A DNA stretch of 64,000 nucleotides from positions 28,768,001 through 28,832,000 of the forward strand of contig NC_042997.1 of assembly GCF_006345805.1 (NCBI RefSeq). Direction: 5' to 3'. Origin of the DNA: Octopus sinensis. Taxonomy: Eukaryota. Below are positions 39,330 to 53,109 of this stretch, in pieces. The number at the start of each line of letters is the position of its first letter. Position 1 is the first letter of the stretch. A model generated the notes under the pieces. It worked only from the letters and a program-made list of their open reading frames with translations. It made no database searches and was not told where the DNA came from. Made by a program: the position numbers and the translations under genes.

Positions 39330-40480
39330 TGACTAGCATGTCTGCCCTTGACAAACAAGCTCAACTGCAGATCATATCTGGGAGTGTAGCTATATCCCGT
39401 CTACTTAGTGCTCGTTTCAAGAAAAATTGTTCAATCGTTCGAGCTTCGAATGCTTTACAACTATTGTAGATCATTTGTTTCAAAACCGAACGATATTGCA
39501 TAATCTGCTCCCAGTCTTTAACTTTCACATTAAGAGCTTTAAGGTTGCTCTTGACAGCACTCCTTAAACGTTTTTAAGTTTATGTCTCGGACGTTTGCCA
39601 TGCTGCAAGTCTCCCTAAAACAACTGCATTGGCAACCGGTTACCCGCCATTCTAGCAAGGTGCTCAAATCGAACGCATCTGATTGCGCATGAGGATCATT
39701 TCAATACTGGTGCTGTTAGCTTGCTGAAGAACAACAGTATCTGGTGTTAAAGACTACCATTTGGTGTTTAGTATCCGTATTAGGCAAGTCGTCCATGGCG
39801 TCCATGTCTCAGAAGTGTGCAGAAGGACCACTAAAATGCAAGATTCATTTCATACTAAGGTTGGGTTTGAAGGTGGTACCTCTATCAGAATACATACAAT
39901 TCTCAAGCCTTCCAAATGCTTTTCAATTCTCAGGTTTATTTCTAAATCAAGGGATCCATCTCTAGAGAGAGTGGTGTCAAGTTAGATGAACGAATCAACC
40001 GTATCTAATACTGTACCATGGATGAAGATGTTAGGTTCCACACAGTGTTGGCCTGGTGGGTGAGAGAACATGTTTTTTATTTTCTTTAGACTGCTTGTAA
40101 ATCCAAATGCAACACAAGCTCTAGAATAGAGATGTAATATAGCCTGCATGTCTCCCCGGTGTGGACAACAAGAACTACATCATCAGCATAAAGGAGCACT
40201 CGGATAACGGCCTGGAGTGTCTTCGAATTTGCATTCTGATGTTTACTATCAAAGACTTTACTTGTGGTTCTGAAGCAAATATAGACGCCGATATCACAGA
40301 TTGCAAAGCCTGTGACATAGTTACCCAAAGATATATGGAAGAACGAGTTGGAGCAGCAATTTCATCTTAATCAACGCCTTTATCGATGCAAATTAGTTCC
40401 GATACGGCCCCTTTGAAGTTAAAACCAAGTTTCGTATCACTATGAAGTTGCTGAAACAAGTTGACAAATTGAGGTGGACA
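39330..40480 (-). mobile_element. RTE-clade LINE relic (RT C-terminal half)
   Basis: APT..SIYL, GVYICFRT, VIRVLLYADDVVLVVH, DGSLDLEINLRI, PDTVVLQQANSTSIEMIL, KSNLKALNV..DWEQ. Many stops. Confidence 0.8.
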
Positions 40481-40556
40481 TCAAAGTTTACCGAGATTAG
40501 CCTAGAGAACGGTTCTATTGACATTGTCGAATGCTATGTAAATATATATATAAATA

Positions 40557-40611
<55 letters not shown>

Positions 40612-40631
40612 ATATATATATATATATATAT

Positions 40632-41015
40632 AATCAAAATAAGCAACAAGGCTATCCAAGGTAGAGTAGTACAATTGTTTCATGCTACTTCATTTTATTA
40701 AACACTGTAAGTATTACACCAGTTTTAAAATGTTGAGCAATTTCCAGCCCCATATAGAATTTTCCAATTAAACGGACAATGCACATTTTTATCCCTATTT
40801 CATTTGCCAACGTTATAAATCGGGTAGATATATAGACAGAGAGGTTAATTTCATTCTTAAGAACATGATAGTAGTATGTTCATTCTCCGTCTGTAGATTT
40901 TATCATTGAGTTCACTTTGTTATTTAGATTATCAGTTGGGAGGGGGTTATTTTGATTATAATCACCAGATTTGATTTATATGGACAATACCATACAAAAT
41001 TCTGGTGCCTTTAAC
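40632..41015 (-). mobile_element. PLE family E 3' fragment with decayed hammerhead (40665-40751)
   Basis: Same terminus as the 37280 and 44771 copies. Minus strand CTGGAAA..AGCAT-GAAA-CAATTG-TA. Confidence 0.55.
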
Positions 41016-41020
41016 CTAAG

Positions 41021-41153
41021 TACCATATTCATCTGAATCTAAATTTTGCTGAACATAAATATACATATATATAGTCCGGATACTTATTGATCAGACGTAG
41101 GAGAAATCTCGAAGTACCATATTCATCTGAATCTAAATTTTGCTGAACATATA

Positions 41154-41215
<62 letters not shown>

Positions 41216-41252
41216 GTCCAGATACTTATTGATCAGACGTAGGAGAAATCTC
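41021..41252. repeat. Local tandem duplication (~93-bp unit x2, second copy with expanded TA tract)
   Basis: GTACCATATTCATCTGAATCTAAATTTTGCTGAAC and GATACTTATTGATCAGACGTAGGAGAAATCTC each occur twice. Confidence 0.9.
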
Positions 41253-42470
41253 TCATAACTCCATGTTTTACATTGTACATTTCACTGCTGAAATTTTTTA
41301 TGAAATGATCCCACAAAGACACAACCTACCTAAATTCTTTCTGTGAATTTTTGTGTCTGGCTGCCTCTTTCCAATTTCCTAAATTTTTGTTCTAATCGAT
41401 TTCATACTTTGTGTCATGATACAATTTTGTGAAGCACTCGTAGACAAGAAATTCATTTTCGCCATCAATCAATAAATAAACAGTTAATAGCAATTAAATG
41501 TTTCTAATTTTGGGTAATTTTAGCCATTCGTAAACCACAGTCATATAGGTGCCACTTTTCTTAGTAACAAACCAAGCTGTTGTGAAGCTGCTTAGAATGT
41601 ATCTTTTTGTCGGTGTGGGGTGATTATGAGATATGCTAAAAAGAACCTTTATATCACGCATGGAAATTTTCTTACATTTTTTTTTGTTTTTGGATAATCG
41701 TATGAATTCCCGTGTGCAAAATATAAATTCGCACAAATTTTCAGATAATTCCAAAACATAAAAATATTATGAGTGGTTTTATGGCATCGTAAAGCAGAAT
41801 TCCGTCAATATTCCATTTGCTTTCAGTTCATAATACGTGCTGTCATGCAACGTTTCCAAATCATGTTTTATGATTGGGTAAAACTGAACAAATTCTGTAA
41901 CTTAAAAAAAAAAAACATTCTGAATTTTCACTAAACTTTATAATTCACCGTCTCAACCGAATTGTTAGACTTTAAAGAGTGATTAAGGAAAATGAAAATT
42001 AAAATAGATCAAGCAATTGAATTAATTTTTAATTTTACCTCTCCTGATTGCATTCTCGCTGTAACACCTCCTTTTTGAATAAATTAAACGCCTTCGTTTT
42101 TTAAAATTGTATAAGTAAATTCATCCACTTTTTACCCGTGTGTATAAATGCGCAAGTGTTATGACTAGATGTCCATAGGCCTATCATTACGTAATTAATC
42201 TTAATCAATTGATATGACACTGACATTGCCTCCTCCACGTATTCAAATATATGGTAAGTTTTGCTACACATATGATATTGAAAGAGAACAGATAATGGTG
42301 GAATAAGTATAGAAACACACAGACATATAGGTGCTGAATGTAAGATTAACTACCGTGAGAAACCCGAATTCAAAAGTGATAACATTCAAAATGCCAAAAT
42401 GTTAAAAAAAAAACAAAACAGGTTATTGTTGTGCAATGTTACATAGGAAAATAAGGTTGAACATTGCCAG

Positions 42471-43545
42471 CACGGCGGTGAGCTAGCAGAAACGTTAGCA
42501 CACAGGGTGAAGTGCTTAGAGGTATTTCATCTGCCGTGACGTTCTGAGTTCAAATACCACCGAGGTCGACTTTGCCTTTCATCCTTCCGGGGCCGATTAA
42601 ATAAGTACCTGTTACGCACAGGCGTCGATATAATTGACTTAATCTGTTTGTCTGTCCTTGTTTGTCCTCTCTGTGTTTAGCCCCATGTGCGTAGTAAAGC
42701 AATAGTTATTTAGTCTGTCGAGGTTGACTTTGCCTTTCATCCTTTCGGGGTCGATTAAATAAGTACCAGTAGCATACTGGGGTCCATATAATCGACTTAA
42801 TCCGTTTGTCTGTTCTTGTTTGTCTCCTCTGTATGTAGCCCCTTGCGGGCAGTAAAGAAATAAGTACGCTAGCACGCTGGGCGATACATTTAGAGATATT
42901 TCATCTGACTTTACAATGAGTTCAAATTCCACCGAAGTCAACATTGCCTTCCATCCTTTCGGGGGTCGACAAATTAAATACCAGTATCGTACTGGGGTCG
43001 ATGTAATCGACTGGCTGCTTCCTCCAAAAATTCGGGTCTTGTCTTTAGAGCAGGAAAGAATACTAGTTTATAGCCAAAGGCGGCGAGCTGGCAGAATTGT
43101 TAGCAGGCCGGGCAAAATGATTAGCGGAAGTTCGTCAGCCTGTACAGTCAAAATCCACCAAGGTTAACATTGCCTTTTATCCTTTCAAGGTCAATAAAAT
43201 ATGTACAAGCTGAACTCTGGATTCGACATAACCGACTCATCCCGTCACCCGAAATTGGTGACTTTGCACTAAAATTTGAAATGCTTAGCAGCGTTTCGTT
43301 CGTCTTTATGTTTTCATTTTAAATTCATGTCGGTGTCGACTGCGCCTTTTACCCTCTCGTGTTCAATACAATTAATAGTAGTCGATTTAATTGACTATAC
43401 TCCAGCTCTCCTGTCTATACTGGCCTTGTGCCAAAATTTGAAGCAAGTATTAATTTATCGCTTAGGGCGCTGAAGTGGGTGATTGGTTAGCATACCGGGT
43501 AAAATATTATGCGGCGTTTTGTCTGGCTTTACGTTCGGATTTGAA
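42471..43545 (+). mobile_element. Head-to-tail cluster of about 6-7 SINE family B copies and fragments
   Basis: The GCCTT(T/C)CATCCTTTCGGGGTCGA module or its variants recurs near 42575, 42730, 42945, 43170 and 43340. tRNA-like heads at 42471, 43078 and 43470. Confidence 0.85.
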
Positions 43546-44770
43546 ATTAAGTGCCTAAAAAGGAACATTTTGCATCATTTTGCATAACAACCACAACTGA
43601 GTATTTTTCTTTGAAAAAATCTAATAATGATATTAGAGCTGTTGTGCACGGATACGAATTTGGAAGCATCAATGAAACCCTGATATAGTTCAATAATGGA
43701 ATAACTGCTGCTTTCAAATCATCTCACATAAAAATATTTTCTTGAGTAATTTTATTATTCCGTCAACGTTCAATTTTTAATCGCTAGCTAGGTTTCTGTT
43801 TGTTTTGAAAGAAAACATTCGATAACAAGCGGGTTTATCTAATACAATGCTTCATAGATATTCTATTAAAGTTTCCAGTTGATTTTGATATCATATCCAA
43901 AATTTATCATTGCTTTTGATGATGATGCCTATAATGTTCATTGTTTTTGAAGTAGATGATGTTTTTTGTCACTGTAATTAAAAAAGATATTTGCCTTATC
44001 TCGCTTATTTTTCTTATACAAATTCACCATTCTCATTTCTCTTGAAAATCGTTAGCTAACATAGCGTAATAATACAAGAATAAATATGTAATACTTGTCA
44101 AATAAACTCAATTTAAAAAATTGTAAATAAATAATATTAAGACTGTTTTCCTAAGCTCGTTTATTCATAAATTGTATAAAATAAAGGAATATGAAATTTT
44201 TTCAAATTGTTTTCTCAAACAGCCTATATCTTATCGTTGTAAATACAATGCAATTCGGCGTTAATATAGCATATTACGTATTTTCCTCTAGAAAATATAT
44301 AGAATGATTGAATATTTTTTTATTTCCAGCTACATCGGCTTTCATTGTTTCAAGTTTCTAGTATTCAGCACTTCATGTAACTTGAATTTGGTCTCCAATA
44401 TGATGTATAACGCATGTACATGATAAGCTTTCTTATAACATTATTTTGCAGAAACTACGTTCAGGTCTCAGGACATCTTTATTTCGGGACTACAGGCGTT
44501 GACATATCGTCACTGTATAGCCCTTATTTATTACGGTCACCAAGTGGAAAATAGCTGCCTTCACCGAAACGGTGATATTGTGAGGACATCGATTAGTCAA
44601 CAATTCAACGCCGCTGTAAGCGTAGTAATTCATGGGAATTCGGAGGCCATTTCTAGGTAACGAAGGGTTTGTGAGAAGGTGCTAAAAGACACGTTTTGAA
44701 ACCGGTACATACATACACACACACTCACACACATACAGACACACATATACACACACATATACATATAAAT

Positions 44771-46300
44771 AAAATCAAAATAAGCAACAAGGGTATCCAG
44801 AGGTAATGCAGTACGATCGTTTCATGCATCTCCATTTAATTGGGCAATGCTATCATTTCATCAATTTAAAATGCAGAGCAATCTTCAACTGCACAAAGAC
44901 ATAGAATTAAATTAAATTAAAAGAGATGAACACATAAGTATAATTATACCTAAAATCTTCAAGGGGATAGACAAAGAACATGCTGCCTCACTCCAGCATA
45001 GAACTTACTAAATTTTCATGATGATATACATTGTTACAGACTCTGCCTTTCGTTGATGTTTTGTTTTTTTTGGGGTCAATTTTGATTTATAGACTAGTTT
45101 ATCAAATCCTTTGTATATCTAAAGCTGAGAGAACAGAGGGCAGTATATGTTAGGGGTAGGGCTGAGGGAGCAGACAGTCACCATAGTTGGTATAGTAAAA
45201 AGAAAATCAAGATTGATTATAAGCGAATTCATGAGGTTTGGTAAAGGAGAATTTAAAACATATTGTTAGCTGACAATTAAGGGGGTTGCCCACAAGCAGA
45301 CCATTGATAATGAACCAGGGGAAGTCTTATCATGTAGTATTATTGTTACATATTTTAAACAATGTTGCTATATAGTATACATTTAAAGGTTATTCAGTGG
45401 ACTATTAAGAAGAATATCATAACAAAAGGATAGAAATTTATGAATACTTTTGAATATATACCAAACTTTTACCACAATAGAGGGAGTAAAAGAAATTATC
45501 CAGAAAGAGTTTAATATTTATACATATTGTACACTTAAATACTAACTGAGTAGATGGTATCTGTGAATATTGATTAATTGGTATGTACTGGTATTAATAA
45601 AGTAGTATATAGGTAAACGAACATGCTAATTATATATTAATAAAATTATAATCTAAAAAGTTTTTTTTATAATTAGTGAATATACCAGTATAGCTTTATA
45701 TAAGCTAAGTATGAATTTATAGATACACATATAAAATTCATTTTATATAGAAGTAAAAACTAACTATAAAATAATAACGAAGTAAAATAAAATAATCAAG
45801 TGGGGCAGAACACCATAGAAAAGGAAATAACATAGGTTAATTACGAATACTATGATAAAGTATATGTAGCTTACTAGCAGCAATAGAGAAGATTTTTAGA
45901 AAAATTATAACAATTCAAAATATATTAGACTAAATATTGTATATTTACTAATTTAGGTAATATCAATAAAAGACTGATGTCTGGTATCAGCTAAAGGAAT
46001 ATATAAGTTATGGAACAATCATATTTTACACTAATCTGTTTTGTATAAACTAAGGGTCATATTATAGGATTAAGAAGTTATTATTAATCCCTACACGATA
46101 TTTATAGTTTCTTAGTGGTACTTGTTTAGAAGGGTTATTTATATAAAGGCCCTTATAAATACTAAGATCAGGATGGTAGGGCCATTTAAGAAAGAGATAA
46201 ATTAAAATTTACTACTTTAGTGCCATATTCATACGTACTAATTAAGTTAAAGTTTTTGAAAAATTATAGAATTCTCTTTCTCGTTCTTTCTATGATTGAA
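44771..46300 (-). mobile_element. PLE family E, longest copy, with long-stem-II hammerhead (44807-44893)
   Basis: Minus strand TGCAG-TTGAAGA-(long hairpin)-GAAA-CGATCG-TA-CTGCA. Upstream decayed EN-like NVYYIATLFKICNNN and RT-thumb-like fragments. Confidence 0.6.
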
Positions 46301-46616
46301 TTATTTTTGCAAAGAATGATGAATAGAACATCTTCCGTATATGGACCTTCCTGACATTCAGGGATTTCTCTATTTGGGCACCTTAAAAGACACGCACCCT
46401 TTTGCTAAAATTTAATTTTTAATAATCTTCTTGATTATCATAAGTTTCAGCGATTTCCCTATTTATGCACCTTAAAATTACGTACCCCTTTGTTAAAATT
46501 TCATTCTTAATGATCTTATTGAATACCTTAAATTTCAACTTTATACAGTGAGACAATATTGTTTGAAATGATCTTTAGAAATTACTTGATTTATCGTTTT
46601 CTTAATTTTTCTTGAA

Positions 46617-46639
<23 letters not shown>

Positions 46640-46658
<19 letters not shown>

Positions 46659-46792
46659 TATCTTAAAATATAGAAAGAGACGAACGCTATCGATGTTGTT
46701 AATCCATTTATATCATTGTTCTCTTAGATTTCTTCTATTGATTGTAAACACCCTCGTTCCATATATATATGTATGTACACACACACACACAC

Positions 46793-46828
<36 letters not shown>

Positions 46829-46857
46829 ACTTTATATATATATATTATATATATATA

Positions 46858-46914
<57 letters not shown>

Positions 46915-47041
46915 TATCTTACATATATCTTAAAATATAGAAAGAGACGAACGCTCTCGATGTTGTTAATCCATTTATATCATTGTTCTCTTAGATTTCT
47001 TCTATTGATTGTAAACACCCTCGTTCCATATATATATGTAT

Positions 47042-47108
<67 letters not shown>

Positions 47109-47130
47109 ACTTTATATATATATATATATT
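46640..47130. repeat. Local tandem duplication (~280-bp unit x2) bounded by microsatellites
   Basis: CTTAAAATATAGAAAGAGACGAACGCT...CACCCTCGTTCC occurs at ~46660 and ~46928; also visible as the duplicated peptide in ORF 46612-47109. Confidence 0.9.
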
Positions 47131-48219
47131 ACCTTATATATATATATATATATGTTTATATACTTACATATATAAACCTATATTAATATATATGTATATA
47201 TACACATATATATGTTTATATAAACATGTGTATGTGCGTGTGTGCGCGGGTGTGTATATAAATGCAACAATTGTCACTCACAAATTGATATTCTATTGTC
47301 ATACAATTTCATGTATCTTAAACTTTTAGGCAATCATTTGTAGAAAACCTCGCCTGAACTGAATTAAGGTGAAATCCGGTGAGTGATAGCTTAATGGAGG
47401 GGAATATACTGCATTTAATGGCCCGGAGTAGATAAACTGCAAAGTGGTTATGGTAGGATTTAAACTTTTTTGGTATGATTCAAATCGACAAAACAGACGA
47501 TTGGAAGAATTGTTTCTCAAGATCTGCGTGGCAATCTGTCATTTCGTTCCAAACTAAAAAAATATATAATACCAAATAACTACATCCGTTGGCATATAAT
47601 GTAAATCATATACATTTAGATATTACCATTTACGTACACGACGTCGTAGCACACAGACAGAAATAAAAGAACAACAACAACAAAAAAACGTTCGTACACA
47701 CGTCACGTCAATAAACAACTGTCACAAATATGCAATAAAAATATACTATACAACCAAGAAAGTTATATCCGTAGAGAAATGATCAGAAAAAATATTAACT
47801 ATTAATACGTACAATCATATACTAAATGAAGTTTCTCCCTGGTATCACTTTCCAAAATATCACTAGCATTAAAACTACTTCTAGCTACTAAAATAGTTCA
47901 CCTTATTGACGTGACTACATCTGATGGCTGTGCTAGTAAGTTGTTGCTGTGATGTCAATGTACTGAATTTTAGATTATGCAACAAAATTACATTAGCCAC
48001 GACGCGCATATGTATATCGTTGATATAAATGTCATATAACTTGCATACGGTATCATATAACATGACACATCATACTCATATATGTATGAAATCCTTAAAA
48101 CACAAGTATATTGCAAATAAATTACAAGCATTACGTACACATACATACCTGTATATACATACACAAAGAAACGCACACTCACTCTGTCGCACAACCCACG
48201 CATATTGTATTTGTATGAG

Positions 48220-48264
<45 letters not shown>

Positions 48265-49059
48265 TATATATACAATGTATGTATGTATATATATATATGT
48301 ACATACATGCATCTATGTATATAAATATATATATATATATAGAGAGAGAGATAGATATAAACACATACATACATCTATGTATTTATATACATATATGTAT
48401 GTGCGTATGTACGGATGTATGCGTACACAAACAGGTATGTATTTTTCTTATACTCACACATGTTTATACTTTCTGCTGTCCATTATCCTCAATAATTAGA
48501 ACACATGATGACGATACTTATAAAACATTATATCGTCATTCTCATGAACGGTAAATAGTCAAGAAATTACACATTCACTGTAACACACAGACACACAAAC
48601 ACAAACACACACAGACACACAAACACAAACACACACAGACACACAAACACAAACACACACAGACACAGACAGACACACACACACCCACACACATATATAT
48701 ATAGAGAGAAATTGGTATTTTAATATATATTATATAGACTTTTGATCCTTGTACACACTTAACTGTTAGGATTCGTTCTATGAAATTTATGTATGGGAAA
48801 AGTCTTCAAGTATCAAATGAAATAACTATTCCTGACATTTTGTGACATATAGCTTTTAAGTTTGCAGAAACCGATGCGATTTTCTTGTCAGGAATATTTT
48901 ATATCGCATTTTAAAGAAACTTAATTTCAATCATAAAATATAATTATATGCATCTTGCAAACCTTAATTGGTGGGTTATACTTAGTTTTAAATTGACTTC
49001 ACCCTGAAAGTGCCGTTCATAAATTCAGCATGGCCAGAACATTAGTTCTGTAACGTATA

Positions 49060-49150
<91 letters not shown>

Positions 49151-49159
49151 TATATTATG

Positions 49160-49375
49160 TGAAATAGAAAGATGAAATATATATAATAAAATATTAGGGA
49201 ATAAATCCAAACTTACAGGGAAAATCAGATTTAGGATTGAATCCAATTTTATAGTAAAATATTGTATTATATTAAATTAGAGATAAAACCATTATTAGGC
49301 AAATCAAACAATGAAAAACTTAAGCCAATACATAAAATTAATTCATTTATATTATCTTAAATATATATCAATAGT
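49160..49375. repeat. Dispersed AT-rich repeat; inverted partial copy at ~56150-56255
   Basis: TAGGCAAATCAAACAATGAAAAACTTAA.CCAATACATAAAATTAATT versus its reverse complement at 56170-56240. Confidence 0.7.
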
Positions 49376-49529
49376 ATTAAAAGTTTAATAAAAGATAATG
49401 AGTGAAACACTACGATCGTGTCATGGCTGTCCAATTCGTAATAATTCGAGTTATGGTTACAGTCAATCTTCAGGTAATTGAAATATTTATCTTAGCGAGG
49501 TTTAGCAATGAAATATATATGTATATTAT

Positions 49530-49735
49530 TTTATTCTTTTATTTGTTTCATTCATTTGACTGCGGCCTTGCTGGATTACCGCCTTTAGGCGAGCAAATCG
49601 ACCCCAGGACTTTTCTTTGTAAGCCAAGTACTTATTTTATTTGTCCTTTTGCTGAACAGCTAAGTTACGGGTATGTAAACCCACCAGCTTCGGTTGTCAA
49701 GTGATGTCGGTGGGACAAACACAGATACACAAATA
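49530..49735 (-). mobile_element. SINE family A, 3' half
   Basis: TTTGACTGCGGCCTTGCTGGATTACCGCCTTTAG...CGGTTGTCAAG is the reverse complement of the family A tail. Confidence 0.8.
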
Positions 49736-49811
49736 TATACACATATATACATACATACACACACACACATATATATGTATGTATATATATATATGTGTAT
49801 ATATGTATTTA

Positions 49812-49862
<51 letters not shown>

Positions 49863-49949
49863 ACAGCATACGCACCGCATAAGCAATAATAAAGTGCGAG
49901 GACAGTTCAATAATCCACCTACTGGATATACCAAACATGCGCATCTAAA

Positions 49950-50400
49950 TGTCAAAGAAGCAGTTGCAGATTGCAACGAAAAGGAACAAATACGACCACA
50001 TTGTGACAGTGGAAATTATTGATATAACTAACGCGGTGGCAACTTCGGAAAATGAAGCCAGAACTGCTGTATATGCAAATAAATATAATAAATGCTCATG
50101 AAGAGAGAAATCAAAATTGATGAATCTCTGTATGAGTACAAATCTTGTATACAAATGTACCGTGCACACAAGAGCAGGGCAGTATGTTAACTTTCGGCAA
50201 ATGGCTTATTCATTTACGAATCGTTATAGCAAGCATCTCTCCAGCTTCAAGAGAATCAGTGAGAGACATTCAACCTCTTTCGATGAATTTGTGTGGCAAC
50301 TGAAGGAAGATATAATTATGTATAGCATAACTTGATCTATAGTAAAGTGTGCAAAACCATACAATATCAGTCTCAGGATTGCCATCCCTGCTCCCAGGTA
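49950..50400 (+). pseudogene. Degraded PLE GIY-YIG relic
   Basis: LCMSTNLVYKCTV...RYSKHLSSFKRISERHSTSFDEFVWQLKEDIIMYSIT. Confidence 0.65.
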
Positions 50401-50974
50401 TCCTTGTCTAATCTATGCACAAGGAGTAGATCATTAATAAAATTTCTGAAAGACTCTCAAGATGCCTACAAGCTTATGCGTGTAGACAGTACACTTATAT
50501 AAGTGTACTGTCGCACAGTGCAGTGGGAATGAATTTGAGTAACTGTTAGCATGGTTTACTTTAAGATATGAATGACTTAAGTTTAGCTTTAACCTCCCCG
50601 TTCTTATTAAAACCAAGTAGCTACTTAACTTGTCATGTGAAAGTGTCTGCACCAAACCACACATCTGCGTATGCTTGCGACTTCGTGTATAGTCGAATGA
50701 GCGTGTGTACATGCGCCATGATGCTTGTGAGAGGGCACTTATCTGTATCTCTTATTTTAGTTTTCATTTTTCAATATAAATGAAGGTATATACTTTACTT
50801 TGGTGTTTTGTTTTCAGACGAAATGTGAAAATACATTGTGGAAGTTTTATTTTAACGAGTTACATATATTTATCACCGAAAGAGTCACGTTTGCACTGCC
50901 GGATGCTCCAGAAAACGTTATTTAGTATCCCACCCGTGTGGAACCGATGCTAGAGATGTCGAAACAATTTCCGA

Positions 50975-51850
50975 GATTAATAAAAATTCCCATATCTTGA
51001 AGTTGGTTGTATTACTGTTTTGGGTGGTTTTCAGTGTGTTATTGTCGACTTCATTGGCACGTTTTATTCCATAGTCTATGAGAGTGGAGGGATATTGGCG
51101 TTGTTGTAGTGTTTTTTGCGGTCTTGTAGGCGTATGTCTCGAGTGGTTGGGTCAGAGACAATGGTGCAAATCCTTTTAGCTAATTTGAAGTGGCTATTTA
51201 TCTTGGTGTGTTTTAGGTGGCATGAACTGAAGGGGAGGTATTGTTGTGAGTCTGTACGTTTGTAGTAGATGTCGGTTGTGATTTGTTTGTTAGGTGTTTT
51301 TATAATCAGGAGATCAAGAAAAGGGAAACGAAGTTTTCTGAATTCCATAGTGAATTGAATATTGGGATGTATGTTGTTAAGTGTTGTTTTGAATTTCAGA
51401 AGTTTTTCATAAGATTCTTTCCATATGAAGAAGCAGTCATCTAGGTATCTTTTCCAGTCTTCTATTAAGTAGATGTGGAATAGGTGTCCAAATTTCTGGC
51501 GTGATATCTCTTAAAGTGGTAGTTCGAAGAAGCCTATTATGAGGTTCGCAAGGAGTGGTGCAGCTTTGCTACCCATCGTGATACCATATTTTGGACGGTA
51601 GTGTGTGTTTTCGAACATGCAGTAATAGTTTGTCAGAAGGAACTTGAGTGTTTCCTGAATGAAGGTCTTACTAATGCGGTTAGGAAAAGCTTCTGGGGGT
51701 TTTTCCAGCCAGAAATCAATTGTCTCAATATCATACTCATGTGGGATGTTGGTATAGAGGTTGATAACATCATAAGAAACCAGGAATGCCTGCTCGGTGG
51801 TTGTTTTCAGCAGGTGCTTGAGCATGTCAACATCATCTCTGATGAAACTT
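50975..51850 (-). mobile_element. PLE reverse transcriptase fragment
   Basis: LVSYDVINLYTNIPHEY, YGITMGSKAAPLLANLIIGFFE, WKRYLDDCFFIW, IHPNIQFTME, PFLDLLII, TDIYYKRTDSQQYL, PSTLIDYGIKRA. The 5' end abuts a (CA)n/(TA)n tract. Confidence 0.9.
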
Positions 51851-51884
51851 TTACATACACCCCCCATACACACGCACACACACA

Positions 51885-51937
<53 letters not shown>

Positions 51938-52944
51938 ATATAATATATACACATATGTATTCATATGCATATATATATACAATGGACTCTCCCGTTGTTA
52001 GACGATGTATGCGGGTTCGATAATTTCTTACCGAACAACTACACAGATTATTTGTTTATATCGATCAAATGTTTACATAGATCGACATTACATCTACAGG
52101 ATCAACGGGTGCCACATGTCAGATGTCGAAATAATCGCAAAGCAACTTGAAATGAGGTGCTTTGCTCAAGAATACAGCGCAATGCCGGGTCTGAGAATCC
52201 AACCCACGAACTCACAATCATGAGGGCAACACCTTTACATTCTTCAGAAGGTTCGTTTGGAAGTTCTTTTGCTAACATTTCTCTTTTTTGCTGTAAAGAA
52301 GAAAAAAAAAATAAAGATAAAATCAAAATACGACCAGTAACAACTAAATACTATTTATGGGGATTTTCCATGAAATTTTCTATTTATTCTTGATAACAGT
52401 TAGCATGCAAACTGGTTAAACCTTTTGTTACCATGTTTCTGTTGAGACGTGTACCTTTATTTCAATTAAATTTTGAAAATATGAATTTAGTAAAGTAACT
52501 TTGTTGTTAAGCTGATGTTTAGAACATAAATTAACATATTTAATGGAAGCTTTTAATTTAGATCACTTTAAAACAGGAAACTATAGAACCAAGGATGGTT
52601 TTGAATGAAATGGTGTCAAACAGGCTAAATCTAGTTCCATAAAGTCATATATTACTGGTGCATTAAAGATGTTTTGTTTCAGTATTCTGTAAAAAGAAAA
52701 CACGAAAAAAACCAACAAAACACAGCCTTTACTCACAAGTGAGTAAGCCATGCTTCGTCACACACACACACATACACACATAAACACACACACTCACGTG
52801 CACGCACACACACACACATAAATACACAGGCATATATACAAATATTCATATATACACATATATATGTATATATGTATATACATATTTATATATGTATGTA
52901 TATATATGCGTGTGCATGTATATATGTATATATGAATACATGTA

Positions 52945-53075
52945 TATATATGTATATCACTACAGTATTACATTTCTCTTATCTATTTCTGAATTCCTAT
53001 CTCTATTTTTATATTTCTAACATACCTAGCAAAATTTACATCAAATTCCATTTCAGTTCCGTGTTTCCGTTAATA
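52945..53075 (+). repeat. Dispersed ~130-bp repeat; second copy at ~56803-56925
   Basis: TCACTACAGTATTTACATTTC...CTAACATACCTAGCA is shared. Both copies follow TA-rich microsatellites. Confidence 0.75.
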
Positions 53076-53109
53076 TAAAACACACACACAAACACACACA
53101 CACACACAA

